A stretch of 64,000 bases of DNA. It comes from Octopus sinensis. Its lineage: Eukaryota. The position numbers and the translations under genes were made by a program. Shown one piece after another: positions 13,481 through 26,993 of this stretch (positions within the stretch are counted from its first letter, which is position 1; each line of letters opens with the position of its first letter). The DNA lies in assembly GCF_006345805.1 (NCBI RefSeq), contig NC_043014.1:32178001-32242000 (forward strand), read 5' to 3'. The notes beneath the pieces were generated by a model. It saw only the letters and a program-made list of their open reading frames with translations. It made no database searches and had not been told where the DNA came from.

Positions 13481-13874
13481 AAAATTTAAACGCCAACAAA
13501 ATCTATACAATCAGAAATATACCCAGTTGGAACTTGTGTGTGTATGCGTATGTATGCATACATTTCACTTCATATTATGTATAATTTAGAAATTAAATAA
13601 GATCTAATCAATGAGAAACATGCTGATGTGTTATGATAAAGTGTTGATGTAAAAATATGTAAAATTGATTGTAATTTCATTTGTAATAATCTGAGATATT
13701 TATTAATAGTTCTAGAAATATAGAAAAAAAGTTACCACATGTTGAACCAAAAAAGTCTTAATATAATTTCGTTAATTCATCCTGTCTGTTGAAGTTAACA
13801 TTACTCTAAATTAACTAATTAATATCAACATTTCTCTCATTTCTGTTTAAAGCCTCCTCCCCTCCTCCTCCATT

Positions 13875-14300
13875 TTGTTGTTGTTGTTGTTGTTGTTGTT
13901 GTTATTCTTCTTCTTCTTCTTCTTTTTCTTCTTCTTCTTCTCCTTCTTCTTGTTCTTGTTCTTCTTCTCCTCCTCCTCCTTCTTCTTGTTCTTCTTGTTA
14001 TTCTTCTTGTTCTTCTTGTTCTTCTTGTTCTTCTTCCCTTCCTCCTCCCCCTCCTACTTGTTCTTGTTCTTGTTCTTTTTCTTCTTCTTCTTCTTCTTCT
14101 TTCTTCTTCTTCTTCTTCTTCTTCTTCTTCTTCCCCTCCCCTCCTTCTTGTTCTTGTTCTTGTTCTTTTTCTTCTTTTCTTCTTCTTCTTCTTCTTCTTC
14201 TTCTTCTTCTTCCCTTCCCCTCCTTCTTGTTCTTGTTCTTCTCCTTTTTCTTCTTCTTCTTCTTCTTCTTCTTCTTCTTCTTCTTCTTCTTCTTCTTCTT

Positions 14301-14330
<30 letters not shown>
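13875..14330. repeat. (CTT)n/(GTT)n compound microsatellite
   Basis: Direct reading. Confidence 0.95.
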
Positions 14331-14331
<1 letters not shown>

Positions 14332-14555
14332 AGGTGGCAAGCTAGCAGAATTGTTAGCATGCCAGGTGAAAGGCTTAGCAGTGTTTTGTCCATCTTCACA
14401 TTCTGACTTCAATTTCTGCTGAGGTCAGCTTTGCATTTCATCCTTTCAGCTCAACAAATTAAGTACCAGTTGAGTACTGGGGTCAATGTAATCGACTTAA
14501 CCTCTCACCCCCAAATTTCAGGTCTTGTGCCTTCAGTAGAAAGAATGATTGCTAT
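14331..14555 (+). mobile_element. tRNA-derived SINE family D
   Basis: aaggtggcaagctagcagaattgttagcatgcc...tttgcatttcatcctttc...aagtaccag; copies at 17.9, 33.8, 50.3 and 63.9 kb. Confidence 0.75.
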
Positions 14556-14568
14556 TATTATTATTATT

Positions 14569-16481
14569 ATCAATTGTCTTTGCACTGCTTCTAATGCTGG
14601 AGATGTACTATGGTGCCAGCTGTTCACTACAAGTGAACTAAGGTAACAACCCTTATTTTTTCAGCACCATCCAGAGTATTCAAGCAGTCCCAAGCAGTGC
14701 TGTTTTCTGCAAGTGTTCCACCCTTATTGCAGCCTCTATTTGTTCCATGTACTTCTCAAGACTTTTACTGTTGCCAGGGCTCCAGTAATTATTGGTACTA
14801 TTACCACCATTTTTTCATTGACTACAACTGCTTAACCTCCCAAGCTAACCTGTCATATCTATCGACTTTTCTTTCTTCCTTATCACATACCTTGTTGTCA
14901 GCTGGGCATGCTATATCTATGATCCTGCATTGTTTGCTTTCTTTCTCAATTAACACTATGTCTGACTCCCTATTCTCTATCTCATGGTTGCACTGAATCA
15001 TAAAATCCCATAGGATTTTTGCATTATCATTTTCAATGATGCCTTCAGGTTCATGTTTGTACCACTTTTTGCTCTGTCATGTCCATACTTGTTGCAAAGT
15101 ATCCAATGAACAATCCATGCTATATTGTTATAACATCTCTTATATTCTTTCTGGGCTAGTAGCATACATTGATAGGTAATATGCCATACGGTTTCACCAT
15201 TTTCTCCACAGATTCTGCATTTATCACTTTCTGATGTGTTGTCTATTCTGTTTTTAACACAATTCATTCTTAGTGTTTGCTCTTGGGCAGCACTGATTAG
15301 AGCCTCCATTTCTGGTCTTAAATCACTTTTAGTCATTCACAGCCATCTTTTTTCTCTGTCTGTCTTATCTTCAACATCCCTATGAAATTGACCATGCATT
15401 CTTTTCTTTACCCACCCATTTTCAGTTTCATTCATTTTCAATTTCTTGTATAGTGCTTTATCTTTGCAATCTTACATCCTACACAAGCCTGATGTTCTTA
15501 CTTCTAATAATAGCAGTTCTGTGGCATTTTTTACATACCATGCTATGTTGTTTTCTTCTGCTCTAATGCTGTGTTCACATCCAATAAGTCCTCTTCCCCC
15601 TCTTTTTCTTGGTACATACAATCTGTCTGTGTCACTTTTTGAGTGGAGTATCCCATATCTAGTCAGTAACTTTCTTGTCTTTCTGTCTAAGCTGTTTAGT
15701 TCATCTACTGTCCATGTGATTAATCCTGCTTCATATCTAAGGAGTGAAACCGCCCAGGTGTTGATAGCTTCAATCTTATCCTGTTTGTATAATTTTGACT
15801 TAAGGACCAATTTCAGTCTGCGCAAGTACTCCACCTTAAATTTTGCTGTCATTTCTTTCTCCATCAATTTATCCATTTCCAATATCACCAAGTACTTATA
15901 GCCCATCTCTTCTATCTGCTTCATAAACTCCCCCAACGGTATCACCAGCACGTCCATACATTTGATTTTGCCTCTCTTCAAGACTAACATACCATACTTT
16001 TTCAATCTGAACTCCATTCTGATATCAGTACTGAAAGTATACACTGTATCAATGATGGAACTGACTTGAGATTCATCTTTACCATAAAGTTTGAGGTCAT
16101 CTATGAATAACAAATGGTCGACTTTTTGTTTGCAGCTTTGAATACATACCCAGCTTTTTCTTTCCTCAGAATCAGTGTTAGTGGCATTATACATCGTACA
16201 AAGATCAGTGGGGACAGGCAGTCCCCTTGGAAGATGCCTCTCCTGATTTCTATTGTCCCTAAACTTCTTCCATATGCTGTCAGTTCCATCTTCCAATTTG
16301 CCATACTTTTTCCAAGCAATCGCTCAACATTTGATGCAATACCAAATAGGTTTATACATTTCATTATCCAAGAGTGTGGGATCATATCATATGCCTTACG
16401 ATAGTCGATCCATGACATGGCTAAGTTACTATTCCTTCGCTTGCAGTCTCTAAGTACAGTTTTGTCTACCAGGAGTTGATC
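14569..16481 (-). mobile_element. 5'-truncated R4/Dong-clade non-LTR retrotransposon (RT, CCHC, REL endonuclease), pseudogenised
   Basis: [56 protein letters not shown] end motif, (TAA)n tail; frameshifts and stops. Confidence 0.9.
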
Positions 16482-17830
16482 CTCGGTACCTCTGCACTAG
16501 GTAGGCTGGGCTCAACAACCTTGATTGGCAACCAGCTTAAGAGAAGGACAACTCTGACTCTGAGCCCAGGCAGGTTTACTAGATCTATCTTCTTGGAGAG
16601 AGAAACTGTCAACATAACACTTACACATCAAGGACTTCACTGTCACTGTTTCAGCTTTCTATGTCATTACAGATGAGCCTCAAATGCTAAGGGCACAGCC
16701 AGTACTGTGCAGACTGCGTTTCATCTATAAATCTATTGTACAGGCTAAATGATATGCCAATAACTAAGCTTATCCTTCCAAATTATCTATCAAGCCCTAC
16801 AGCAATGAAAAAGGGGTGGAATATACAGTTCTGGTCCCACATATTCTGATCCTGCACTTCACATCAATGGATTGTTTTATGCTGACCCAGAGGCAATGAA
16901 TCGCTCTGCATATTCTCGATGACTAAGCAGCCTTCTTTAAGGCTGCACGTAGCATGTGGAGATGAGCCAAAAGTGGTGGCTTAACCAAATCTCCAGTTGG
17001 CTAGGCTGCAATGAGTGAAAATCCTGAAACATAACAAAACAATGACAAAATAAAAAGTACATGGTGTCTCACACGATGTGTAAAATCTAAAGTGCCCATG
17101 CTGGAGCATCGGATCTGACTTGAAACAGTAGGCAAGAATCAGTCAGAATGATACTCTGTTCTAGTTGTGAAAGAAGTTTCATGGCTGAAAGTTACTTTGT
17201 ATGAAGTTCACTTCAAGAAAAAGACACCTTACAAGAACTTGGCACTGGTTACACCGTCTATGAGTCTAGCAAACCAGAAACCAAGACACTGTTCAGGAGT
17301 TGGTTATATGATCAAAACCTCAAGTATTTCAAGGTTTGAAAAGATGACTGTTATTCCAGCAGCATCACCATTATACTTTTTTTCATTCAATCCCAGTTGC
17401 CTACCACACTCTTCAGTATGTATGTCTTTATTCTGTAAGCAGGTCCTACAGCAAAAACAAAACAAAACAGGTTTTATATTGATTTGTACCACTACCATGG
17501 GATAGTAATATCAAAAAAAAGGTAGACAGATTCACTGAAGGACTGTGGTGGTGCTGTCAAATTTATCATTGCCAATGGTCAGCTATAGCCTCCAGTTGCT
17601 AGGCCTGGTGACACAGCATTCACTAGTGTCACTCCAAGAATATATGCAGGACTGAGCTTCAGGACACAGCCTAAACCAGCCTAACCAAAGAACCAGAATG
17701 TATACAGCCCATCCACTGCCAGTCCACAACTGGAAAGAGGATCAGTACTTCTTCAATGATTGTAAGTTAGACTGTGTTGGGTGGAAGAATGATACAGCTG
17801 CATATAGCAAGCAACTATCGATGAAATAGT
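16482..17830 (+). mobile_element. Decayed RTE/BovB-like LINE 5' region (UTR plus APE endonuclease)
   Basis: aaccagcttaagagaaggacaactctga UTR motif; ELGTGYTVY..SKP..GVGYMIKT resembling the APE motif. Confidence 0.5.
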
Positions 17831-17880
17831 ATACAGTTTATACTGTAAACACTATTACACAGGCAATATTCAGAATGAGT

Positions 17881-18100
17881 AAGGTAGCTAGCTGGCAGAA
17901 TCAGTACCATGTAAGGCAGAATGCTTAGTGATATTCTGTCCATCTTTATGTTCTGAGTTCAAATTCTATCAAAGTCGACTTTGCCTTTCATCCTTCTTGG
18001 ATTGATAAAATAAGTACCATTTGAGCACTAGGGCCGATGTAATTGACTTATCCCTTCCCCCAAAACTGCTGGCTTTGCACCAAAATTTGAAACCAATATT
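17881..18100 (+). mobile_element. SINE family D
   Basis: Family D head and central domain. Confidence 0.75.
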
Positions 18101-18189
18101 CAGGATGTCTGCTTTCATTTAAAGCTGTTACTTCACATAAGCCTTTGGGGAACAACTTTTGATATGATTTATTTTCAGTGCAAGATAAT

Positions 18190-18480
18190 GAATATGCCAA
18201 AGCCTCTGGGCCTCTGTATCATAAATGTTTTTGTAAGTTCATGCTGTTACTTTCTTCATTTTCAACTTGAATTTCTATTGAGACTAATCTGTCAATATCA
18301 CCTCTGTTTCTTTTTTATCTTCATCATGAAGAATAATCAGCATATGACAATGAAGAAGACCCCTTTTCTGAAATTCCATAATGTGAATGTTGACAACTGG
18401 AGCTCCAAAGATATGTTTCCTAAGATATGTTGTTCCTTCAAATAATTCATTAGGGTAGGTTTAATCTTGGCACTCTGTCA
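18190..18480 (-). pseudogene. Helitron Rep (HUH) domain relic
   Basis: RKHIFGAPVVNIHIMEFQKRGLLHCHMLIILHDEDK (EFQKRGLxHxH at 18344-18376), then FMIQRPRG resembling HMIHGPCG. Confidence 0.8.
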
Positions 18481-18559
18481 ATTATGACTATAATGGTTCC
18501 TATTGATTCAATCATCAGAGCAGCCTGATTATGAAATTAATGTGCAAATGGCTGAACAT

Positions 18560-18790
18560 TCCACAGACACATATACCTTTAACATAGTTCTCAGGGAGAT
18601 TCAGCGTGACACAGAATTTGATAAGGCTGACCCTTTCAAATACAAGTACAACTCATTTTTGCCAGCTGAGTGGGCTGGAACCGTGTGAAATAAAGTGTCT
18701 TGCTCAAAGACAGAATCTGCCACCAGGAATTGAACTCACGACCTTACGATTGTGAGCTGAATACTCTAAACACCAAGCCCTGCACCTTCG
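18560..18790 (-). mobile_element. SINE family C variant
   Basis: tRNA-like head on the minus strand; gtgtcttgctcaa core; near copy at 48745-48938. Confidence 0.65.
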
Positions 18791-20159
18791 CTAAGGTAGG
18801 CTTGACACACCTGAGGTATTAAGTCTGGTTATTTTTTCCTAATTTCATTTCTTTTGACATTGTTTATAATCTCTGGATTATAATCTTTTGGATTATAGAT
18901 GTATATTAGAAAGTGAAACTAGCTGTTCATTGTTATTGTTGCTTGAGCATCTAAGAAGTATTAGTTCTTCTTACATGGATTTCGAAAGAAAAAAGAAAGA
19001 AGTATAATTGATATTTTGGATTTAAGTTCTAGTGTTGGTAACTGTTGATTTGCAGCTGTGATTGATTGTTTCTCAAAAACAAAAATACTGGGAGCTATTC
19101 ATTTGACTAAAATTCTTCAAGGTGGCACTTCAGCATGGGCACAGTCTGATAACTGAAACAAGTAATGGGATAAAAATTACATCAAATGAATATTAATAAA
19201 AAAAAGCTTTCTTGGTCTACAAATGCCACTGAAGCCATTTCTAATTGCAAAATGCTAAAAGTAGATGTCTTGCACAGTCACTTTATTTTAAATATAGGTT
19301 TATTGATTTTTCAATATGTTACATAACATTCTGCCATCCAAGCTCACAACTGAGAATAAAGTTTGACACAGAATATTTACCTTTCCTGATGATGGATTTA
19401 AACAATTATTGAAAGATTTTAGATCTGTTTATTCTTTGTTTTAAAAACCAACAATAATAAACCTAATGTTTACTTTTCACCCAGGGAAATACTTTCAACT
19501 TCGTTTAGGAAAATAGTGTCTTTCATTTTAGTATTCCTTTATTTCTGGTGCCCATGAAAGTAAATGCATTTGCACTGACAAAATTGGTGATGAAAAGGTT
19601 TTCCTTTGCCGCAAAATGTGAATGTTTTCCTTGCAAATTATTACGGAAAGACATTTTCCTAGAAAACGAAGAGTTGAAAATATTCAACAATGAAAATAAA
19701 ATAAATAATGGACAGTTGAGTGCCCAAACAAGACATTGTCACTTCACACACAACAAGACACTTATTTATTCAATTTTAGGAGGTGTTATGCCTTTGCTAA
19801 TGATGGTTTTGAACAATTATGAAAAGATATTAGATTAGATCTTTGTTCATTATGGATAACGAGGAATTTGAACGGTTATTTAAAGATATTAGGATAGATT
19901 ACGTATCAAAAATAAATAAAACTGACAATTTCAACCAGGAAAATGTCTTTATGGGGTGTTTTTCTGATAAGGTGAACATTTTTACTTGTTGTCCAAATGT
20001 TAAATATAAACATACAATGACAAGCAGTATTATACAGATATGGCAAAGCCTTTTGTTTGTTCCTCTACCAATTCTGCTAATTCATTGGCAAAATAATAAT
20101 AATAATGGTTTCAAATTTTGGCACAAGGCCAGCAATTACAGTAGGAATGGATTAGTCAA

Positions 20160-20420
20160 TAACATCAGCCTTAGACTGACATCTTAGTTCATCGACCCCC
20201 AAAAGGATGAAAAGTAAAGTTGATTTTAGTGTTTAGCATTTTGTCACAGGTGCTAATGATTCTGTCAGCTTGTTGCCTTTACTACTAATAATAGTAATCA
20301 TAGTTTCTGGCATTTGTGAAGGAACAGTTAATTAAACTGTAGTCACTACTTACTTTAATTCATCCATCTCAGTGGGAAGAAATGTGAAATTGAGCTGAGC
20401 AGGATTTGAACTCAGAATGT
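20160..20420 (-). mobile_element. SINE family D partial copies
   Basis: tcgacccccaaaaggatgaaaag..aagttga and a second head fragment. Confidence 0.55.
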
Positions 20421-20484
20421 AAAAGAAACATAACCAAAGTATTTTGTATAGTAGTACATTTCTGCCACTTCATCACTGCACTAA

Positions 20485-20486
20485 TG

Positions 20487-20557
<71 letters not shown>

Positions 20558-20625
20558 TATTATTATTATTATTATTATTATTGTTGTTGTTGTTATTATC
20601 ACCATTATCGTTGTTGTTGTGTTGT
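20485..20625. repeat. (AAT)n-(TAT)n-(TGT)n microsatellite
   Basis: Direct reading. Confidence 0.95.
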
Positions 20626-21994
20626 TGTAAAAATAATTGTAATAATAAAGATGAAGAAAAATGAATAAAAGGAATGGTTATAATTGTAATAAAAATAATA
20701 ATTATAAGTTAATAAATCTAATGTAATTAACCTATTATTCAAATGAAGAAATTTTGTTTGTTTCTTGTTTATACTTTTTTAACAATGTTTATGGCCTTTT
20801 CTTTCTTTTTTTATTGCTTGTTTTGTTCCTTCTCATGAAATTAATTAATTTTGATGTTTAAAAGCTTTAAATGTGAATGAAATGTTTGAAAATATGAAAT
20901 TTTAATTTGTTACATTGCAATGAGCTAAGCAGAATAACACACACAAATGTGCGCGCGTGTGCACACACACACACATACAAACACACTAACACACAAACAC
21001 ATGCTATACAAACATTAATCAATCTCAAAACATATGCACAAGCTTGGTTGGTGGATGCACAGAAATATATATAACAAATTGGCAGATACACATGCATACA
21101 CAAACTTAGAAAAAAAAAGGACACATTTTGACTCTTTCGGATATGCATTCATTCATATCTACACATTAACACATATAGGGACATTAAATGGATGCTCAAA
21201 AACTGACATATATATATATACACCCATAAACACACACATGTAAATCTATACAAAATTACATATACATATTCACTATCATATACAGAATTTTAAAATAATT
21301 GTATACAGACATTGAGAAAAGCACTGGTATAACTAACAGAAAGATCCACACATATACACATTAGTTCATTTATGCATATACACATGCAAACACACACATG
21401 CCGTCACATACACAAATACACACGAGTAAAAGGACAAAGATGTACACATATAATGAGAGAGTGACAGTAAGAGGGAAATAAAGTTCAGTAGGAGAAAGGG
21501 AGAGTGAGAGAGTGAAAGAGAGAAAAAGCAGAGGGAAGAAGGGAAAAAAGAGAGAGTATAAGGGAGGGAATAATGGTAAAAATATTGAGAGAGAGAGAGA
21601 GAGATAAGATAGAGAGAAAGGTAATAAAGCTGCTATTAATTTTGAAAAGGTAGAAAGAAGGAAACAAATCAGTGACATTGATAAGAGACTTGAGTTGCAA
21701 CAAAAATAACAAACTCACTAAATAAATAAATAAATAATAAAAATTTTTGGATTTCAGCAAAATTATTTGAATGGAAAATCAAATATTTTTATAATGACAT
21801 GAAGTTTAATTAAAAAATTTTAAATGAAATTTACAAATAAAAGGGAATATTAATATTAGGGTGCCTAATAATTGAAGAGCTTCCCAAAGAATTGTGTGTA
21901 TGTGTGTGTGTGTGTATGCATGCATACATACATGCATGCATACATATATATATATACATATACACACACACACACACATATATATATGTATATA

Positions 21995-22067
<73 letters not shown>

Positions 22068-22523
22068 ATATATATGTGTGTGTGTGTGTGTGTATATATA
22101 CACACACACATACATATATACATATATGTGTGTGTATACATATAAAGCCTTCTGAGTGGATTTGGTAGATGGAAACTGAAAGGAACCTGTCATATGTATA
22201 TTTGTGCAAACGCATATGTGAGTGTGAGTGTATGTTTGTCTGACTTTGACTTAACACCAGATGATTGTTGTAGGTGAATATCATTTATTTCTAATTTTCT
22301 GCCAAAACATGTCTGGCCATGGGGAGATATATGGGAACAAGTGAAGGTTAGTGACAGGAAAGGCATCCTGCAGTTAAACACCTGCCTGAATAAATTCCAA
22401 CCGACCCATGAAAGAATGAAAAGGGGAACATTAAAACAATGATAATGATAAAGATATGTGTGTGTTTGTGTTTATATATGTATGTATATATGTACATATC
22501 TACATATATATATATATATATAT

Positions 22524-22571
<48 letters not shown>

Positions 22572-22653
22572 ATAATAAATATTAGGGAATAAATCCAAAT
22601 TTACAGGGAAAAAAATCAGATTTAGGATTAAATCCAATTTTATAGTAAAATAT

Positions 22654-22766
22654 TATAAAATATTATTAGAGACAAAACCACTATTTTTTTACTATTTATT
22701 AAAATTTTATGTATTGATTAAGTCTTTCCTTGTTTGTTTTGCAAAATAGTGGTTTTGTCTCTAATA

Positions 22767-22776
<10 letters not shown>
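22654..22776. repeat. Inverted repeat, perfect 34-bp arms, 55-nt spacer, in a (TA)n-flanked insert
   Basis: tataaaatattattagagacaaaaccactatttt / aaaatagtggttttgtctctaataatattttata. Confidence 0.85.
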
Positions 22777-22828
<52 letters not shown>

Positions 22829-23039
22829 ATATATACATGTATATATATATATATATCTATATATATATAATTTACAATAACCATTGACAATTTTGTCTTT
22901 TTTCGGCATATTTGGCATTAGAATTTTTCTTTTGCCCTTATTTTGTAAATTATTTATAAATTTAACCTTTAAAGGTATTTTTTGAGATGCTGGCCATTGA
23001 TAAAATTTTTTTCTCCAAAAAATTTTATCTACATTAGTT

Positions 23040-23097
<58 letters not shown>

Positions 23098-23133
23098 ATA
23101 TATATATACATACATATACATATACATATATAT

Positions 23134-23175
<42 letters not shown>

Positions 23176-23307
23176 TATATACATGTATACATACATATAT
23201 ATATATATACACTCACATGCATAAATACAAACCTGTTACTATATGAACATTCAACATGCAGCAGAATGAACTCGTTGCCCATAGAAGAGTTAGATGCTAT
23301 CATTGTT

Positions 23308-23539
23308 CAGTACTTAAAAATATACAAATATGCTACTTAAGTTTCGTGGATATTGTGTTATCTGCACTTCATCTAGAGTGCAGTACCTCATCTAGAAGGC
23401 AGATTTGCACCTTTCTATTTTATCAGCTGCATGCCTGATGAAATCTGTGCTTTAAATGATGTGTTACACTTCATATAAAGTGCAGAGTACAGATATCTCT
23501 TTATCAATTACTTAAGTAGCTTGTATATTTTAAGTACTG
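23308..23539. mobile_element. Old degenerate palindrome with HHR-like remnants
   Basis: Arms cagtacttaaaaatatacaa..gctacttaagt / acttaagtagcttgtatattttaagtactg; GAAAC-TTAA-GTA on minus 23334-23345; CTGATGA at 23435-23441. Confidence 0.5.
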
Positions 23540-24848
23540 TGTAAAGATCACAATTTTTTTTATGGATTTATATATGATATATATACATGTGTGTATGTGT
23601 GATAAATATAAGTATGTATATATATATATATATATATATGCGTGTGTGTGTGTATGTAAGTATGTATAGGTATAGATATATGCATACCACACACATGTAT
23701 GTATGTTTGTAATAAGAATGTACGTGTGTGTATATGCATACATGTATATATATATGTATGTTTATATATATATTATATACACACATAAATATATATGTAT
23801 AGTTGTATGTATATGTGTGTGTATATGTATGCACACACACACACACATACACATACACATGCACACACACACATATAATAAACACAATGTTGATGATAAG
23901 GAGGATATATACAATCAATAAGTTAAATACAGAAATACTAGTAATTATGTTGAATTTGATCCACCCCCCACTTACTTATATTACCCTCATTCTTACTGAA
24001 AAGAAAACATTGTGTGTGTGTGTGCACCTGCAGGTTTTTGTGTGAGTGTGACTATGCATGTACATATGATCATGTGAGTGTAGAATGAGCATATGCGTGT
24101 ATTCACACACGCGTGTGTATCCGTATATTTGTATAATGTGTATGTGTGTGTGTGTATGTGATGCATAAGCATGTATGTGATGTGTGTTATCATCTGGCTT
24201 TCACCAATGCAGAATAGCTTTTTTGTTTTATGTTTTTCCCCTTTATTTTGCAAATACATTTACACATGAAATAAAATCTGATAATGGCCATGTATTTAGT
24301 TATATATATACATATCTTTTTTTTTGTTTTAATGGCCAAGTCAGAATCATAGAAGTAATGGATACTCTATGATATTCTATTAATTTTTATTGCCTTATCC
24401 TTAACAGTTCAAACTATGCTGGTGTTGACTTTCCTTTTTGTCTGACCAGCATGGAGAGAGGAAAATAAACCAAAAATCTTGTATTGATTATATGCTATTC
24501 CCTCTTACTGAGCTGGTTTTCATATGATATAGTGTTATTGTAAAAGTTGGCTTTTGAACAGATTTTGGTACAGCTATGATTAATTTTTTGCTTAATTGAA
24601 AGAGGAGCACGAGAGAGATTTCAGTGGGATATGTTGAGCTGTTCAAGGATTGAGTTAAGGATTAGCTTTAATAGACTGCTAATAAATTCTAGCTCAGTTG
24701 CAAGAAGATCCTGAGTACTATCCGGCTGTTCATGAGCCACAGTTTAAACGTTGTTCCCCTTACACTTCTATGAGGTCTTTTAGGCTGTTCAAGGATTGTG
24801 TTAAGAACCAGCTTTAGTGGAGTTCTAATAAATTTTAGTTCAGTTTAA

Positions 24849-25068
24849 CCCTTTCGTTACTGTATTTATTTTGAGATGTTCTGTGTTTCTTTCAATTACT
24901 TTAAATATAACAAAGAATTTAATAAAATAACTTAGTTATCATTAAGCTAGTATTAGGAATATAAATTGTGACTAAGGTTTGGTGGAGTATTTTAATTCAA
25001 AACTTATGAAAACAAGATATTTGTACTCAAAGCCAGAGTCAGTTTCAGGCAGGTTGGTATCAAAAGGG
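24849..25068. mobile_element. piggyBac-type MITE
   Basis: TTAA-ccctttcgttac ... ggtatcaaaaggg-TTAA (TTAA TSD at 24845-48 and 25069-72). Confidence 0.8.
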
Positions 25069-25468
25069 TTAAGGAAGAGTCTGATAAGGTTGTATGTGAA
25101 TACAACCATGTTGTTCTTGAACCACAGCTCAAGCATTGGTCTCTTTACTCTTCTGTAGCTGTAAAACTTGGTAGCTGAAACTCAGTCTCAAAAAGAAACC
25201 AGCCAGTTTTGACATCAAACGTTTCCATAAGATCTTTTATATGAAATAGAAAGACTCTGTGTTACACGAAGAAGCTTCCTGTGTCATTGACCTTCCTAGT
25301 AAAAGGCACATCTACTGGTTGGGTCATTTACTAAGGTGACTTCTTGGAGGTTTACAAACGAAGTTATTTAGTGAATCTTAGAAAACCAGAGAAAAGGAGA
25401 AAAAACAGGTAGTGATAACTTTTAGATCAGTTTCAAGGCAGTCAAACAAGATATATATATATATATAT

Positions 25469-25500
<32 letters not shown>

Positions 25501-25667
25501 TGATGATGATGATGATGATGATTAATACCGGTTTTCTAACCCTGGAACTTACTTTATTGGTGTCTTTTGCTGAACTGCTAGGTTATGGGGACATAAATAC
25601 ACCAACACTGGTTATTAAGTAATGATGAAGGACAAACACAGACAGACAGACACACACACACACACAC

Positions 25668-25728
<61 letters not shown>

Positions 25729-26911
25729 CAGAGTAAGCACATAAATGTGAAACAAGGTGGAAGAAAATACACACTGTGGAACAAATTGGTTCAAGACATT
25801 AATCAATGGAACACACTCAATGTCAAGTTTGTCTTATAACTTAAGGTTTTCTAAGTTTGAATAAATCATTAAGGCAATCACATTCAGAATTGTCAGCTAG
25901 TACAATACAGTATTAACAGGTAAATATTTTCAGTGGTCATTGAAAATGACTTTATTTATTTTAGTCTTTCAGTATTGTCTATTCACAAGTCCGCTCTTGC
26001 ACCGTTCCCACTCTATCTCTGCTTTTGCTCATCAGTAACTAGATTTTAGGCTATTTCTGTGGCTGATGTGAGTTGCTTCAGAAGTGGAGGAGTGTGTGAT
26101 GCTGAAGAGTGAAAATGACCATGAGATATCATTATCTCTTGGCTCTCATTCACTTCTGGGACAGTTTGCTAATGTTTACGTTATTTACCCACTTCAAACA
26201 AAATCTTAATTTATATCTATATATATATGATAATGATGATGATGATGATGTGTGTGTGTGTGTGTAAACATATCCAAAATGGAGATGAACACCATTCCTC
26301 CATGTGATTGGCTTGAAAAATTGTTAAGATATCAAGTTATTTTCCTATTTTTCTGAACTTGTAACCAATGGTAGGCTTAATCCACAAATAAAGAAATTCT
26401 ATCCACTAATGCAGTGTTGAGCACTCCATTTCATCATTTGACATTTACATACATAAATATATATATATATATAAACCGGTATATTAACCGGTGTTGTTCA
26501 AACGATGAATAGCCTTCACGTAAACCACTGGTTCGTTTTGTTCTCTTACTTTATTATCATCTTATAATCATCTCATAATAATGACCTTTATGACTTGTAT
26601 TACTACCTCAGTCAATCTAAATGTATACATTTGTCACTACCTGTCATAAATAGCCTTTTTCTATTTGCAATATGCATTTTCGTTGATTTTTCATATTTTA
26701 CACTTACATTTCCATGTGTATTTTATATTTTCTTTTCGTAACATATTTCTACTATATATATATATATATATTACGGAGATGTACTCGCATAGCAAGTAAT
26801 TTGATCTGAGATCGTGTGCTGAAACGAAAACAATTGCAGCGTGGAAGGTGTTTATAAGCCATTTAAGAAACACACAAAAGCCGTTCGATTCACTTCAACA
26901 TTTAAGTTTAA

Positions 26912-26961
26912 TTTGTCAAAATATTTTCGTCGCTAAAATCCGCGACCTGTTCACTGACAAA
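26912..26961 (-). ncRNA. Hammerhead-like fold with G3:C8 core swap (mirror copy)
   Basis: Exact reverse complement of 26994-27043. Confidence 0.6.
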
Positions 26962-26993
26962 GTCCGTGCTGCATCTCGAGATGCAGCACGGAC

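Noticed and set aside
15472-16296. 274-aa ORF as a functional gene
   Set aside because: Frameshifted, prematurely stopped piece of the R4/Dong RT
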